Below, in pieces: positions 29,104 through 39,552 of a stretch of 64,000 nt of DNA. Numbering within the stretch: position 1 is the first letter of the stretch; every line of letters starts with the position of its first letter. Source of the stretch: Bacteroidota bacterium. Lineage in GTDB: Bacteria > Bacteroidota > Bacteroidia > NS11-12g > UBA955. The DNA lies in NCBI GenBank assembly GCA_024103355.1, contig JAGFIU010000029.1, positions 5,413 through 69,412 of the forward strand. Direction: 5' to 3'. The notes under the pieces were generated by a model. It was not told where the DNA came from and searched no databases. It saw only the letters and a list, made by a program, of their open reading frames with translations. The position numbers were made by a program, and so were the translations under genes.

Positions 29104-30303
29104 TCACGCGTTATCAGCGTTGGGTTGAATTGGTGTGTTAAACTTAGCATTGCTATTTTCCACTTCATCTTCATCATCTTCGGTAGTTCTACTTACACTT
29201 AATATAATTCCAAAAGCGACTCCGGTAAAAATGATTGAGGTTCCTCCCATACTAATCAATGGCAATGTCAGACCGGTCACAGGAAATAGTGCCACAGCAA
29301 CTGCCATATTAATTAGCGACTGAAAGACTAAAGTAAAACAAAGCCCTACTGCAAGCAAAGCACCAAATGCCCGTGGCGATCGGACAACCATACGGATAGA
29401 ACGAAATAGTATAAACAAAAAAACTACAATAAGTAAGATACCTCCAATAAGTCCATATTCTTCAATGATGATTGCATAGATAAAATCTGAATATGCCTGC
29501 GGCAAAGTATTTTTTTGAATACTCTTTCCCGGTCCTTTACCAATAATACCGCCATTTGCGATGGCAATTTTAGCCTGAATTGTTTGATATGCATCTTGGT
29601 CATCTCCTCCAACAAAGTTCTCAAACCTTACCTTCCACGTCTTTGCTCGACCCGGAAGCATATTATCCGGTGCATTAAGTAGGAATATAGCACCTATGGA
29701 AAGAAGCGCAACGAAAGAAGAGACGAGTACCAACAAGTGTTTCATCCTAACATTTCCTATAAACAACAACACCAAAGAGGTTGTAAACAAAACCAGAGAT
29801 GTTGAGAGATTCTCCGGCATAATTAAAAAACAAGTTACACCAATAACTGCAACCAACCACCAGAAAGGCTTCCATTCATCCAATTTATCTTGGTTCTTTG
29901 ATAAATACCGAGCTATATACATTACCAATGCCAAACGCGCTAAATCAGAGGTCTGAAAACTGATGCCGACCAATGGAATTGTAAGTGTACGTTTGGCTTC
30001 ATTGATATCGTTTCCTGCAAAAATGGTAACTACCAACAATACCATTGCTATCCAAATTAACCATTGTGATATTCTTGAAAAATAACGATAATCAATTCGG
30101 TGAATTAAATACATCAGCAGAAATCCAAGAAACATGAAACTCCCTTGTTTAAATAAATAGTACTCTGTTCTTCCACCTTGTTTTGCAAAAGCCAGTGTTC
30201 CTGTTGATGAATAGACTGCCATCAGTCCAACTACGGAGAGAATAATAATGGCAAGCCACAAAAACCTGTCACCTTTGAAATAATGTTGAAATAAGTTGCT
30301 CAT
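29104..30303 (-). CDS. SEDS family peptidoglycan polymerase (RodA/FtsW-like)
   Basis: 10-transmembrane layout with ANGGIIGKGPGKSIQKNTLPQAYSDFIYAIIIEEYGLIGG, the conserved FtsW/RodA periplasmic loop. Confidence 0.8.
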   Translation of the reverse strand: MSNLFQHYFKGDRFLWLAIIILSVVGLMAVYSSTGTLAFAKQGGRTEYYLFKQGSFMFLGFLLMYLIHRIDYRYFSRISQWLIWIAMVLLVVTIFAGNDINEAKRTLTIPLVGISFQTSDLARLALVMYIARYLSKNQDKLDEWKPFWWLVAVIGVTCFLIMPENLSTSLVLFTTSLVLLFIGNVRMKHLLVLVSSFVALLSIGAIFLLNAPDNMLPGRAKTWKVRFENFVGGDDQDAYQTIQAKIAIANGGIIGKGPGKSIQKNTLPQAYSDFIYAIIIEEYGLIGGILLIVVFLFILFRSIRMVVRSPRAFGALLAVGLCFTLVFQSLINMAVAVALFPVTGLTLPLISMGGTSIIFTGVAFGIILSVSRTTEDDEDEVENSNAKFNTPIQPNADNA

Positions 30304-30436
30304 TTAGCCTAATCAAGTGAACAAACATATTGACTAAGTAAACAGATAAAAAAAAATTTTACTCACTATTTGTAGCTTAGTGTACTATAAATCATTTTAT
30401 CCATCCCGATTTTGTCAAATAGAAAAACCGCATAGA

Positions 30437-30466
30437 CAAAAAAGACCCTTCCGATGGAAGAGTCTT
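30437..30466 (-). terminator. Rho-independent terminator after the DUF4139 gene
   Basis: Minus strand reads gactcttccatcggaagggtc followed by tttttt. The stem is 9 bp with one mismatch. Confidence 0.45.
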
Positions 30467-30484
30467 TTAACAAAAGGTTGATAC

Positions 30485-32125
30485 TCATTTTTCTATCTGT
30501 TTGTATATCTCCTTTGACTTTGGGAAACTTATAGTATAACTAAATTTGATTTTCCGATTTTCTTTGGCTTTCATCTTGAATTCCCATTCAACAAAACCAT
30601 TATTAGTGTTCAAAGTTCCACCTGAAAGTTCGTCCGATTCAACTTTTATTTCTGATTCTTTGGATATGGGAATTTGGTCTATGAGTTTGAAATTAATCTC
30701 TGCATTTCGAGCATTATTGATAACAAATTCGTAGGAATAGGTTTGTTTTTGATTATTACCGAAGAAACTTTTTTTACTAAAATCATTCAGAAGTTTTCTT
30801 TCAATACTAATTTGTTTGTCACGTCCAAACGATAATCTCAAAGAGTCTTCTGAAGTATTCGTATTAAGAAAGAATAGCCCTGCATAGGTCTCTCCAAGAT
30901 ACATATTGGCATTACCCGGCAACAAGTTATATCCTTTCCAATTAGTTGCAATTCCTGTTAAGAACACAGAAGATTCTAATTTTGGAATCGAATAATACTC
31001 AAATTCCACATCTAAGTTATACTCTTTTAAACTGATTATTTTACCTTCACCATCATTCGGAATAGAGAACGGGTTTGGAATATCAAACTCAAAAATATTT
31101 TCTAAAGAATTTACTATGGGTTTTAATGGGCTTGCCATTTCAACGCCATCGTTAAAATAACCCATCTCAGCATCCGCTCTAGAACCTTGGATTTTTGGGG
31201 CATTCTGCTTTCTATAACCCACTATAGGAGGTGCAGGCTTATTAAAATCTACATATTCAGTTTTTAGAAATGGGAAGTTAATTCCGGTTTGTGGAGAAGC
31301 AGAACTAATACTCAGTTTAATATTATCCCATATTTCACCGGTCCATTGTGCTACTTCTGCCTTATAAGTAAGCGTTGTTTTTGACCCCGGGCCATCGGTT
31401 TTAATATCATAAACAGGTTGCCAATACGCATTGGTTGCAAAATATTTTAGCTCAAAGTCAGCATTAATATTAGTTTCGGCAGAAACCATTACTTTTATCT
31501 CCCCTTTAGATGTCGGTAGCTGTTTCTTTTCTTTTGTTATGCTCTGATTTAACCTATTGACAATTTCTCTTGCGTCATTGAGTTTTTTATTGTTAGCATA
31601 TTTTTGGGTTTGTATTTCGGTTAATCTGCTTCTGTTTAACTCCAATAGTTTAAGAAGCTCCGCGCTGTTAAACCCCTGTTGATTTCCTCCTAATGTTTGG
31701 TTGGATTTAAGTATCGTTTCCTCTGTACTCATAACATTATTTTGAATTTCAATGTTCTTAATATAATCGTTCATCAAGTTTAATGAGTCAATTAGTTTTT
31801 TAATAACAGGGTTGGAATAATCGGGTTTTTGATTGTTCACATTATGGCCGATAGAAAGTATTTCAACTCCCTTGCTTGCAGAAAACCGGATACTTGATGG
31901 TGTAATTTCATTCGCTATTCCATCAAAAATCAGCATAGTAGTTCCTCGAGGTAGGAATACCTTTGCATTTCTACTAATCTCTGCACCATTTGCATAAATT
32001 TTGACTTGTGATACTTTGGAACTAACAAATTTTTCCTGTGCTAAAGCTGCTACCGAAATAAACACAAAACACAATACAGTCAGATTTTTCAGACCGCTTC
32101 TAAATATTCTTTTCATACTTTTCAT
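30485..32125 (-). CDS. DUF4140/DUF4139 (MuiA-family) secreted protein
   Basis: Signal peptide. N-terminal VSSKVSQVKIYANGAEISRNAKVFLPRGTTMLIFDGIANEITPSSIRF matches DUF4140. There is a central coiled-coil and a C-terminal beta-rich region. Confidence 0.6.
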   Translation of the reverse strand: MKSMKRIFRSGLKNLTVLCFVFISVAALAQEKFVSSKVSQVKIYANGAEISRNAKVFLPRGTTMLIFDGIANEITPSSIRFSASKGVEILSIGHNVNNQKPDYSNPVIKKLIDSLNLMNDYIKNIEIQNNVMSTEETILKSNQTLGGNQQGFNSAELLKLLELNRSRLTEIQTQKYANNKKLNDAREIVNRLNQSITKEKKQLPTSKGEIKVMVSAETNINADFELKYFATNAYWQPVYDIKTDGPGSKTTLTYKAEVAQWTGEIWDNIKLSISSASPQTGINFPFLKTEYVDFNKPAPPIVGYRKQNAPKIQGSRADAEMGYFNDGVEMASPLKPIVNSLENIFEFDIPNPFSIPNDGEGKIISLKEYNLDVEFEYYSIPKLESSVFLTGIATNWKGYNLLPGNANMYLGETYAGLFFLNTNTSEDSLRLSFGRDKQISIERKLLNDFSKKSFFGNNQKQTYSYEFVINNARNAEINFKLIDQIPISKESEIKVESDELSGGTLNTNNGFVEWEFKMKAKENRKIKFSYTISFPKSKEIYKQIEK

Positions 32126-32299
32126 TTTATGATTTTTATGGGTTTAATCCTCAAAGAGCGTGCAAAGTAAACGATTATCAGGAAGGAGATAAGCAAAATT
32201 CACTTTTGGGAAAAACACTTCTTAATAATTCTCATAAAAACCGTGTAGTTTATCTATTCAATTATGCTGAATATAAAATGAGGAAAAACAAGCATAAAT

Positions 32300-33199
32300 A
32301 TGTTTGAATTAGCCAAACTAATCAAGCATATTTGCCCTATGTTTTCATCAACAGTCACAGACATCAAAGAGCTAAAAGATATAGCTACTCAGGTTAGAAG
32401 GGATATTGTTAGAATGGTACATGCAGTACAATCAGGACATCCGGGAGGCTCACTAGGTTGTGCTGATTATTTTACAGCATTGTACTTCAATATTATGAAC
32501 CATGACCCTCAACATTTTACAATAGAAGGACATGGTGAAGACATTTTCATCCTCAGTAATGGGCATATTAGCCCCGCTCTGTATAGTGTTTTAGCACGTA
32601 ACGGATATTTTCCTATACATGAATTAGCAACTTTCAGAAAACTAAATTCAAGACTTCAAGGACATCCCGCGACTATGGAGCATCTCCCCGGAATCAGAGT
32701 TGCTACGGGTTCATTGGGTCAGGGATTGAGTTTTGCGACAGGAATTGCACTGCAAAAAAAATTAGATAATGACCCAAGTATTGTTTATGTAAATTTGGGT
32801 GACGGGGAATTGCAAGAAGGTCAAAATTGGGAAGCCATTATGTATGCGGCTCACAACAAAGTTGACAACCTAATTGCAACTGTTGATTTTAACAAACAAC
32901 AAATAGATGGTTCAACCGTTGATATTATGGGTTTTGAAAACCTAAAAAACAAGTTCGAAGCCTTTGGCTGGTTTGTAATGGAAATGGATGGAAATAATAT
33001 GGAACAAATATTGCAAACCATGAAAGAAGCAAAAACAAAAGTCGGAATGCAAAAACCAATTGTTGTGATTATGAAAACAGAAATGGGTGCCGGTGTGGAT
33101 TTTATGATGGGCTCTCACAAATGGCACGGAATCCCGCCAAACGACCAACAGTTAGAAGCAGCTTTGGCTCAGCTTCCGGAGACTTTGGGCGATTATTAA
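32300..33199 (+). CDS. transketolase, N-terminal (thiamine diphosphate-binding) subunit
   Basis: HPGGSLGCADYF, GHISPALYSVLARNGYF, GHPAT and GSLGQGLSFATGIAL. The length corresponds to the split-transketolase A subunit. Confidence 0.9.
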   Translation: MFELAKLIKHICPMFSSTVTDIKELKDIATQVRRDIVRMVHAVQSGHPGGSLGCADYFTALYFNIMNHDPQHFTIEGHGEDIFILSNGHISPALYSVLARNGYFPIHELATFRKLNSRLQGHPATMEHLPGIRVATGSLGQGLSFATGIALQKKLDNDPSIVYVNLGDGELQEGQNWEAIMYAAHNKVDNLIATVDFNKQQIDGSTVDIMGFENLKNKFEAFGWFVMEMDGNNMEQILQTMKEAKTKVGMQKPIVVIMKTEMGAGVDFMMGSHKWHGIPPNDQQLEAALAQLPETLGDY

Positions 33200-33213
33200 A
33201 ATAAGCGATTAAA

Positions 33214-34605
33214 ATGAAATCCATTCTCAAAAAAAGACGTTTTGTATTATTCACTACAATATTCTTGATAAGCCTTGCAACCTTTGGGCAAGTTCAGACA
33301 AAAAATCCCGGAATCAAATCACGAATTCTAATTATTTTTGATGCTTCTGGTAGTATGAATGCTCAATTTGGCAACACAGATAGGATGACAGCTGCCAAGG
33401 AAATGCTTTACAAGATGGTTGATAGCCTTGCACAATTTCCCAATGTAGAACTTGCGCTGAGAGTTTATGGACATCAGACCGACTTAAAATATAATGATTG
33501 TAATGATACTAAACTCGAAATTCCTTTTGCACCATACAATCATGAATTAATTAAAAAGAAGGTCTCAACACTACGACCTCGAGGATACACACCGATTGCG
33601 CGTTCATTAGGACAATCTGCCAATGATTTTCCAAATGATAATAAAACTGTTAGAAACTTAATAATTCTCATTACTGATGGTATTGAAGAATGTGAGGGCA
33701 ATCCATGCGAAGTAAGCCAAGAACTACAAAAAAAAGGCATTTTTCTAAAACCGTTTATCATTGGTGTGGGTTCTGACCCTGAGGTTTTTAGGAAGTTCTT
33801 TTCTTGTGCCGGTAATTATTACGATGCAAACTCAATGAGTGAATTCGAGACAGTTGTTGGTGTGGTGATTTCACAAGCATTAAATGCTACAAGTTGTCAA
33901 ATTAATTTGGTTGATGCTAACAAAAAACCCTTGGAAACCAACGTTGACATGACAATTTATGATGCAGCCACAGGAATTGAGCTCTATAACTATTATCATA
34001 CTATGAATGCGTATGGAGTACCTGATACTCTTTTTTTAGATCCTATGCGAAAATATAATATCAGAGTTCACACAATGCCCAATATTTTCAAGGAAAATAT
34101 CACTCTTATTCCCGGTAAACACAATACAATCGCATTAGATGCCGGACAAGGCACACTCAAATTAATTGTTGACGGAGTAACACGCTATGATAGGCTGCAA
34201 GCCATTGTAAGAGTAAAAGGAGATATGACCACTGTCAATGCACAAGATTTTAATACCTCCAAAAAATATTTGAACGGGGATTATGATATCGAAATACTTT
34301 CAACACCTCCTATTTTTGTAAATATCAAGGTCTCACAAGACAAAACAACTGAAATCAAAATCCCGCAACCGGGTAAAGTCAATCTTACGAAGACAAAAGA
34401 CTATGTTGCAGCAATCTATAGAATTGAAGGTGGCAAAACAACTTGGGTAGCAGATATCGATGAAAAGAAAGTAAATCAAGTCATCGTTATGCAACCCGGC
34501 AACTATATCATTATTGGAAGAGCTCGAAGCGAAACTAAAACTATTTATACCTTCCAAAAGGAATTTACTGTATTTTCAGGAAGGGTCACAGATTTCACAT
34601 TCTAA
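33214..34605 (+). CDS. secreted von Willebrand factor A domain protein
   Basis: Signal peptide. [17 protein letters not shown] ... LIILITDG. The ~250-aa C-terminal region is unassigned. Confidence 0.7.
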   Translation: MKSILKKRRFVLFTTIFLISLATFGQVQTKNPGIKSRILIIFDASGSMNAQFGNTDRMTAAKEMLYKMVDSLAQFPNVELALRVYGHQTDLKYNDCNDTKLEIPFAPYNHELIKKKVSTLRPRGYTPIARSLGQSANDFPNDNKTVRNLIILITDGIEECEGNPCEVSQELQKKGIFLKPFIIGVGSDPEVFRKFFSCAGNYYDANSMSEFETVVGVVISQALNATSCQINLVDANKKPLETNVDMTIYDAATGIELYNYYHTMNAYGVPDTLFLDPMRKYNIRVHTMPNIFKENITLIPGKHNTIALDAGQGTLKLIVDGVTRYDRLQAIVRVKGDMTTVNAQDFNTSKKYLNGDYDIEILSTPPIFVNIKVSQDKTTEIKIPQPGKVNLTKTKDYVAAIYRIEGGKTTWVADIDEKKVNQVIVMQPGNYIIIGRARSETKTIYTFQKEFTVFSGRVTDFTF

Positions 34606-34610
34606 AAACG

Positions 34611-35567
34611 ATGAGTATCAATACACAAATAACAGAAATGAAAGACACCCGCTCCGGATTTGGAGCCGGATTATTGGAAGCAGGTAAAAAGAACAAAGAT
34701 GTGGTTGCACTGTGTGCAGACCTCACCGGATCTCTCAAGATGGATGCCTTCCAAAAAGAATTTTCTCAAAGATTTTTCCAAGTAGGAATTGCGGAGGCAA
34801 ATATGATGGGAATGGCAGCAGGATTGGCTTCCGGTGGCAAAATTCCTTTTACGGGAACTTTTGCAAATTTTTCTACCGGCAGAGTATATGACCAAATCAG
34901 ACAGTCTATAGCATACTCAAATAAGAATGTAAAAATATGTGCATCACATGCCGGACTTACCCTCGGTGAAGATGGTGCAACTCATCAAATTTTGGAAGAT
35001 ATCGGACTAATGAAGATGCTGCCCGGGATGACCGTCATAAATCCTTGTGATTATAATCAAACCAAAGCAGCTACATTGGCAATATTAGAACACAATGGCC
35101 CTGTTTATCTACGTTTTGGAAGACCTAAATGGCCTGTGTTTACACCCGCTGACCAAAAATTTGAAATTGGAAAAGCTTGGCATATTCAGCAAGGAACTGA
35201 TGTAAGCATTTTTGCAACCGGACATTTGGTTTGGGAAGCTGTAAAAGCTGTTGAAATGCTTTCTGCCGAGGGAATATCTGTTGACTTAATTAATATTCAC
35301 ACTATCAAGCCTCTTGATGAAGAAGCTATTATCAAATCAATAAGTAAAACCGGCTGTGCAGTAAGTGCTGAAGAGCATAATAGAATTGGCGGATTGGGAG
35401 ACAGTATAGCACAAGTACTTTCTAAAAACATTCCCGCACCCTTGGAATATGTGGCAGTAAATGATACTTTTGGTGAAAGTGGAACACCCGAGGAATTATT
35501 GGTTAAGTATGGGTTAACTGCAAAGGATATTGTTGCTGCTGCAAAGAAGGCAATAGGAAGAAAATGA
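34611..35567 (+). CDS. transketolase, C-terminal (pyrimidine-binding) subunit
   Basis: [18 protein letters not shown] and [32 protein letters not shown] match the split-transketolase B subunit. Confidence 0.9.
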   Translation: MSINTQITEMKDTRSGFGAGLLEAGKKNKDVVALCADLTGSLKMDAFQKEFSQRFFQVGIAEANMMGMAAGLASGGKIPFTGTFANFSTGRVYDQIRQSIAYSNKNVKICASHAGLTLGEDGATHQILEDIGLMKMLPGMTVINPCDYNQTKAATLAILEHNGPVYLRFGRPKWPVFTPADQKFEIGKAWHIQQGTDVSIFATGHLVWEAVKAVEMLSAEGISVDLINIHTIKPLDEEAIIKSISKTGCAVSAEEHNRIGGLGDSIAQVLSKNIPAPLEYVAVNDTFGESGTPEELLVKYGLTAKDIVAAAKKAIGRK

Positions 35568-35590
35568 GATTCCTATTGTTTTAAGTATTT

Positions 35591-36079
35591 TTATTCTAAA
35601 TAAACACCTAATTTCTTGGGATTGCTTGCATCAAACTGGATATGCTCTTGAAAAGTTGTAGCCATTGATATGCCAACATAATCACCCTTTACGGGGAATT
35701 TTCTATGACTGCGCTGTGCCAAAAAACAAGTCTCTATACGAGCAGGATTTTGAGCGGCTATTACTATCAAAATATCCATCAAAGTTTTTCCTGTATTCAA
35801 AACATCATCTACTATAATAACTGTTTGTTTGCGAAGCTTTTTTACATCAATACTTAATTGAACTCCATTTTGATTTGAAATGGAAAAGAGTTCTACTTTA
35901 ATTTCTTTTAAAATATCCAATTGCTCTGCAATTAACTTTGCCAAAAGCCCACCACGCTCACCAATTCCACCCATATAAACAACCTTATCTTTCAAGTTGT
36001 TTTCCAAGATTTCATAGGCAATTCTCTTTAGTTTTTGCCTGATTTGAGCATCATTCAAAATGTAGTCTTTCTTTTCCAT
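35591..36079 (-). CDS. pyrR: bifunctional pyr operon regulator / uracil phosphoribosyltransferase PyrR
   Basis: ILNDAQIRQKLKRIAYEILENN, VIIVDDVLNTGKT (PRPP-binding) and LAQRSHRKFPVKGDYVG align with PyrR motifs. Confidence 0.8.
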   Translation of the reverse strand: MEKKDYILNDAQIRQKLKRIAYEILENNLKDKVVYMGGIGERGGLLAKLIAEQLDILKEIKVELFSISNQNGVQLSIDVKKLRKQTVIIVDDVLNTGKTLMDILIVIAAQNPARIETCFLAQRSHRKFPVKGDYVGISMATTFQEHIQFDASNPKKLGVYLE

Positions 36080-36135
36080 TACTTTTGCGTTGGTGCAAAC
36101 ATAATCAATCTGAAGATTAAATTTTCAAAATGGTT

Positions 36136-36165
36136 TTGCTTATTTCAAAAATACCGTTATTTTTG
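36136..36165 (+). promoter_or_regulatory. Putative promoter for rpmE2 (TTG, 19 nt spacer, TAttTTTG)
   Basis: TTG at 36136-36138 and tatttttg at 36158-36165, 23 nt upstream of the ATG at 36189. Confidence 0.4.
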
Positions 36166-36188
36166 CGCTCCCTTTTCAGAGAACGAAA

Positions 36189-36437
36189 ATGAAAAAAGAT
36201 ATTCACCCAAGCAGTTACAGACATGTTGTTTTTAAGGATATGTCTTCAGATTATGAATTCCTTACAAAGTCTTGTGTAAACACAAAGGAAACAATCAAAT
36301 GGAAAGACGGAAACGAGTATCCATTATTTAAAATTGAGATTTCAGATAAGTCTCATCCTTTCTTTACCGGAAAACAAACATTTATTGATACCGCTGGTAG
36401 GGTTGATAAGTTTAACAAGCGTTACGCTAAAAAATAA
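36189..36437 (+). CDS. rpmE2: 50S ribosomal protein L31 (type B)
   Basis: [38 protein letters not shown]...HPFFTGKQ, 82 aa, with no CxxC zinc ribbon. Confidence 0.9.
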   Translation: MKKDIHPSSYRHVVFKDMSSDYEFLTKSCVNTKETIKWKDGNEYPLFKIEISDKSHPFFTGKQTFIDTAGRVDKFNKRYAKK

Positions 36438-36460
36438 TTTTCTTAATAAGAACTATCCAA

Positions 36461-36496
36461 AGGCTGTCGGGTATCCAACAGCCTTTTTTATTTTTG
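36461..36496 (+). terminator. Rho-independent terminator of rpmE2
   Basis: aggctgt-N10-acagcct followed by ttttttattttt. Confidence 0.6.
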
Positions 36497-36503
36497 TAAT
36501 GTC

Positions 36504-37451
36504 TTGAGCTTTATTACTTATTCCGATTTTATTGAATTGAGAGAGAAACTATACTCTTCTAGAATCTCATTTTTTCTTGGAAAACTCTCATTCAGTTCTC
36601 AAAAACGAGTTCAATCTCACTGGAACTCCGGTGCACTGCCACCCAACAATTGGTGGAATATTCCCTTAGTACGAAAAAGATGGAATAAAAAAATAACCGG
36701 AGATGAAAACCAAAGTTATATAGAACATGTTGCAAATCATTATCTGATTGATAAGAACAATTTGTGCATGTTATCTATAGGTTGTGGAACCGGAAGTCAA
36801 GAGATTGAATTTTGGAATACAAAGAAATTTGCAACCATTGATGCTATTGATATTGCAGCTAATAATATTGAATACGCTAAGACGCGGATTTCTGATGAAG
36901 GATTACACTTCATTCACAATAGCTTTGAGATATTCAAAACTACACAGCAATATGATTTGATTTTGTTTCACTCTTCGCTTCATCATTTGAAAAATATGGA
37001 GAAAGTGCTTATTAAGGTAAGAGGTTTATTACGGGAGGGCGGAATTCTGGTTATCCACGAATATACAGGACCCGACAGAATCCAATGGAATAAAAAACAA
37101 TTAGATATAGCAAATTCTCTTCTGAAAAATATTCCCTCTGAAAAGAGAACTTATCTAAGTGGAAACAAAAAGTTAAAACAGACAGCACCTGGATTGCTTC
37201 GCATGCTTATCTCAGATCCTTCAGAGGCAGTGGAGTCATCATCCATTTTACCGTTATTGAAAAAGCATTTCCAACCATTAGAATTAAAAGGTTATGGCGG
37301 GAATATCTTAGTTCCCGTGTTAAAAGGAATCAGCCATCATTTTGTTGAAGAAAACAAAGAGAACATTCGATTTCTCAAATTCTTATTTGATAAAGAAGAT
37401 AACTTTTTAAAAAAAGAGAGCGATGACTATTACTTTGGGATATGGGTCTAA
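36504..37451 (+). CDS. class I SAM-dependent methyltransferase
   Basis: Motif I LSIGCGTGSQEIEFW, a post-I acidic motif (AIDIA), and motif IV-like LILFHSSLHH. Confidence 0.55.
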   Translation: MSFITYSDFIELREKLYSSRISFFLGKLSFSSQKRVQSHWNSGALPPNNWWNIPLVRKRWNKKITGDENQSYIEHVANHYLIDKNNLCMLSIGCGTGSQEIEFWNTKKFATIDAIDIAANNIEYAKTRISDEGLHFIHNSFEIFKTTQQYDLILFHSSLHHLKNMEKVLIKVRGLLREGGILVIHEYTGPDRIQWNKKQLDIANSLLKNIPSEKRTYLSGNKKLKQTAPGLLRMLISDPSEAVESSSILPLLKKHFQPLELKGYGGNILVPVLKGISHHFVEENKENIRFLKFLFDKEDNFLKKESDDYYFGIWV

Positions 37452-37459
37452 GAAACTAA

Positions 37460-38329
37460 CTAGATGTGTTTCTCAGCATGATAAGAAGAACGAACTCTTG
37501 CACCACTTTCAACAATTTTAAATCCTCTCTTTATGCCTTCTTCTTTGAAATGGGCAAATTTATCAGGATTAACAAATTCCTTAACTTCCAAGTGCATCTT
37601 TGTAGGCTGTAAATATTGTCCCAAAGTAAGGACTTCACAGCCATGAGCAACTAAATCATCCATTGCCTCATATACTTCATCCGGTGTTTCACCCAAACCC
37701 AACATAATACCTGATTTTGTTCGGGCTCCTCTTTCCTTGGTTCTACTAATCTGTTCAAGGCTTCTTTCATATTTAGCTTGAGGACGGACGATTCTATAAA
37801 GCCTTTTGACAGTTTCCATATTATGTGAGACCACTTCCGGTTTTTCATCAATAACCATATAGAGTAAATCCCATAATGCCTTGAAATCAGGAATCAATGT
37901 TTCGATTGTGGTATTGGGATTTAATCGTTTAACCTCACGAATAGTTTCTGCCCAAACAGATGCTCCTTTATCCTTCAATTCATCCCTATTAACTGAAGTA
38001 ATAACCGCATGCTTAACACCCATTTTATGAATTGCATCTGCAACCCTCCTTGGTTCATCCCTATCGTAATGAGTGGGTCTTCCTGTTTGAACTGCACAAA
38101 ATGCGCAGGATCGAGTGCAAACATCACCTAAAATCATAAAAGTAGCAGTACCTCTACCCCAACATTCTGCAATATTTGGACACTTTCCTGATTCACAAAT
38201 GGTATGCAAATTATTATCCCTTGTGATCTGCTTGATTTTTGTGTAATTTTCTCCGGATGGTATTCTGATTTTAAGCCAATCAGGTTTGATAATTCTATCT
38301 TGTCTGTTAGTTTCCTTCACTTCACTCAT
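37460..38329 (-). CDS. lipA: lipoyl synthase
   Basis: CPNIAECW plus the radical-SAM [10 protein letters not shown] cluster. Full-length match. Confidence 0.9.
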   Translation of the reverse strand: MSEVKETNRQDRIIKPDWLKIRIPSGENYTKIKQITRDNNLHTICESGKCPNIAECWGRGTATFMILGDVCTRSCAFCAVQTGRPTHYDRDEPRRVADAIHKMGVKHAVITSVNRDELKDKGASVWAETIREVKRLNPNTTIETLIPDFKALWDLLYMVIDEKPEVVSHNMETVKRLYRIVRPQAKYERSLEQISRTKERGARTKSGIMLGLGETPDEVYEAMDDLVAHGCEVLTLGQYLQPTKMHLEVKEFVNPDKFAHFKEEGIKRGFKIVESGARVRSSYHAEKHI

Positions 38330-39054
38330 ATCTCAAAATTTAGCACTGCAAAGCTAATATAAAATGAAGGAAAAATATGAGGGAGTTTTGATTTGTACAT
38401 TAGCTCAGGTCTTATTATAAATGCATCTAATATTATGCCTCCTTCGATACGATTAGGTGTTTTTGTATAATTTCCAAACTCCATGATTAAACCCTGTTTA
38501 ATAAAAATTGATGGGATAAATTTTGCATTAGTAAATCCTCTATTATAGTATGTGTGTGATTGAATAATTCTCTCTCTGTCATGAATTTCAGGATTGTACC
38601 TTTCCGTAACAAAACCAAGCTCATTTTGCCCGGGCGTGTTATAATCTATATAAACAGGGATCTGTAGTGCAAAGTTAAGTCCTACGGTAGCATTGACAAT
38701 CAAACCAATTGAATTTCTGTCAGGTCTTTTGGCGAGTGTAATTTCTTTTCCATAGCCCAATCTTGTTTGTAATACTTGATTGACTTTGCCAAATTTAAAC
38801 GTTCCGGGATCAATTCCGGAATTTGACATTCCAATGTTTGATATAAGTAACTCTTTTGGGTCTTTCAGAGTCATAAAATTCAGTTCAAACTTAGTATTAA
38901 CCTTATTATTGCTTTTCTGATGAAGTCCTAAACCTATCCCACTTCCTCTATTGTTGATGTTAATGTTAGTTGTGAAAACATGCTCTTGACCATAGCCCGT
39001 ACTTATATATAAAAATATTGAAAGTAAAATACCAAAGTTTTTTTTATAGTACAT
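38326..39054 (-). CDS. hypothetical outer-membrane-type beta protein co-transcribed with lipA
   Basis: Signal peptide [23 protein letters not shown]. Alternating-hydrophobic beta-strand pattern. Its stop overlaps the lipA start codon (ATGA). Confidence 0.4.
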   Translation of the reverse strand: MYYKKNFGILLSIFLYISTGYGQEHVFTTNININNRGSGIGLGLHQKSNNKVNTKFELNFMTLKDPKELLISNIGMSNSGIDPGTFKFGKVNQVLQTRLGYGKEITLAKRPDRNSIGLIVNATVGLNFALQIPVYIDYNTPGQNELGFVTERYNPEIHDRERIIQSHTYYNRGFTNAKFIPSIFIKQGLIMEFGNYTKTPNRIEGGIILDAFIIRPELMYKSKLPHIFPSFYISFAVLNFEI

Positions 39055-39118
39055 AAGCTGGTTAGTAGTTTATCTTTACTTTTGAACTTTGCAAGAGCAA
39101 AAGTAATACTAATTATCT

Positions 39119-39529
39119 ATGAAAACATCACATGTGATTTATAATGGAGATTTAAGGTGTGAACTCATACATGAAAGATCGGCACAAAAATTTATTACCG
39201 ATGCTCCAATCGACAACCAAGGAATGGGTGAAGCTTTCTCTCCAACAGATTTACTATCAACTTCTTTAGCCGCTTGTATGTTTACTATTATGGGAATTTA
39301 TGCTCGTAACAAAGGACTTTCAATTGAAGGAAGTAAGGCTTCGGTCATAAAAACTATGTCAAGCGAGCCTCCAAGAAGAGTGGTAAGAATTGAAATCTAT
39401 TTTGAGATAAAATTAGATGGTGGAGATGAAAACGCAAAGGATGCACTTATCCGAAGTGCAAAGACATGTCCTGTTGCTTTGAGTCTTTCTCCAGAAATTG
39501 AACAGCAAATTCATTTTACATTTGTTTAA
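39119..39529 (+). CDS. OsmC/Ohr family peroxiredoxin-like protein
   Basis: DLLSTSLAACMFTIMGIYA and C-terminal TCPVALSL give the two conserved Cys of the OsmC fold. Confidence 0.7.
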   Translation: MKTSHVIYNGDLRCELIHERSAQKFITDAPIDNQGMGEAFSPTDLLSTSLAACMFTIMGIYARNKGLSIEGSKASVIKTMSSEPPRRVVRIEIYFEIKLDGGDENAKDALIRSAKTCPVALSLSPEIEQQIHFTFV

Positions 39530-39552
39530 TTTCAAATGCATAAATCATACTC

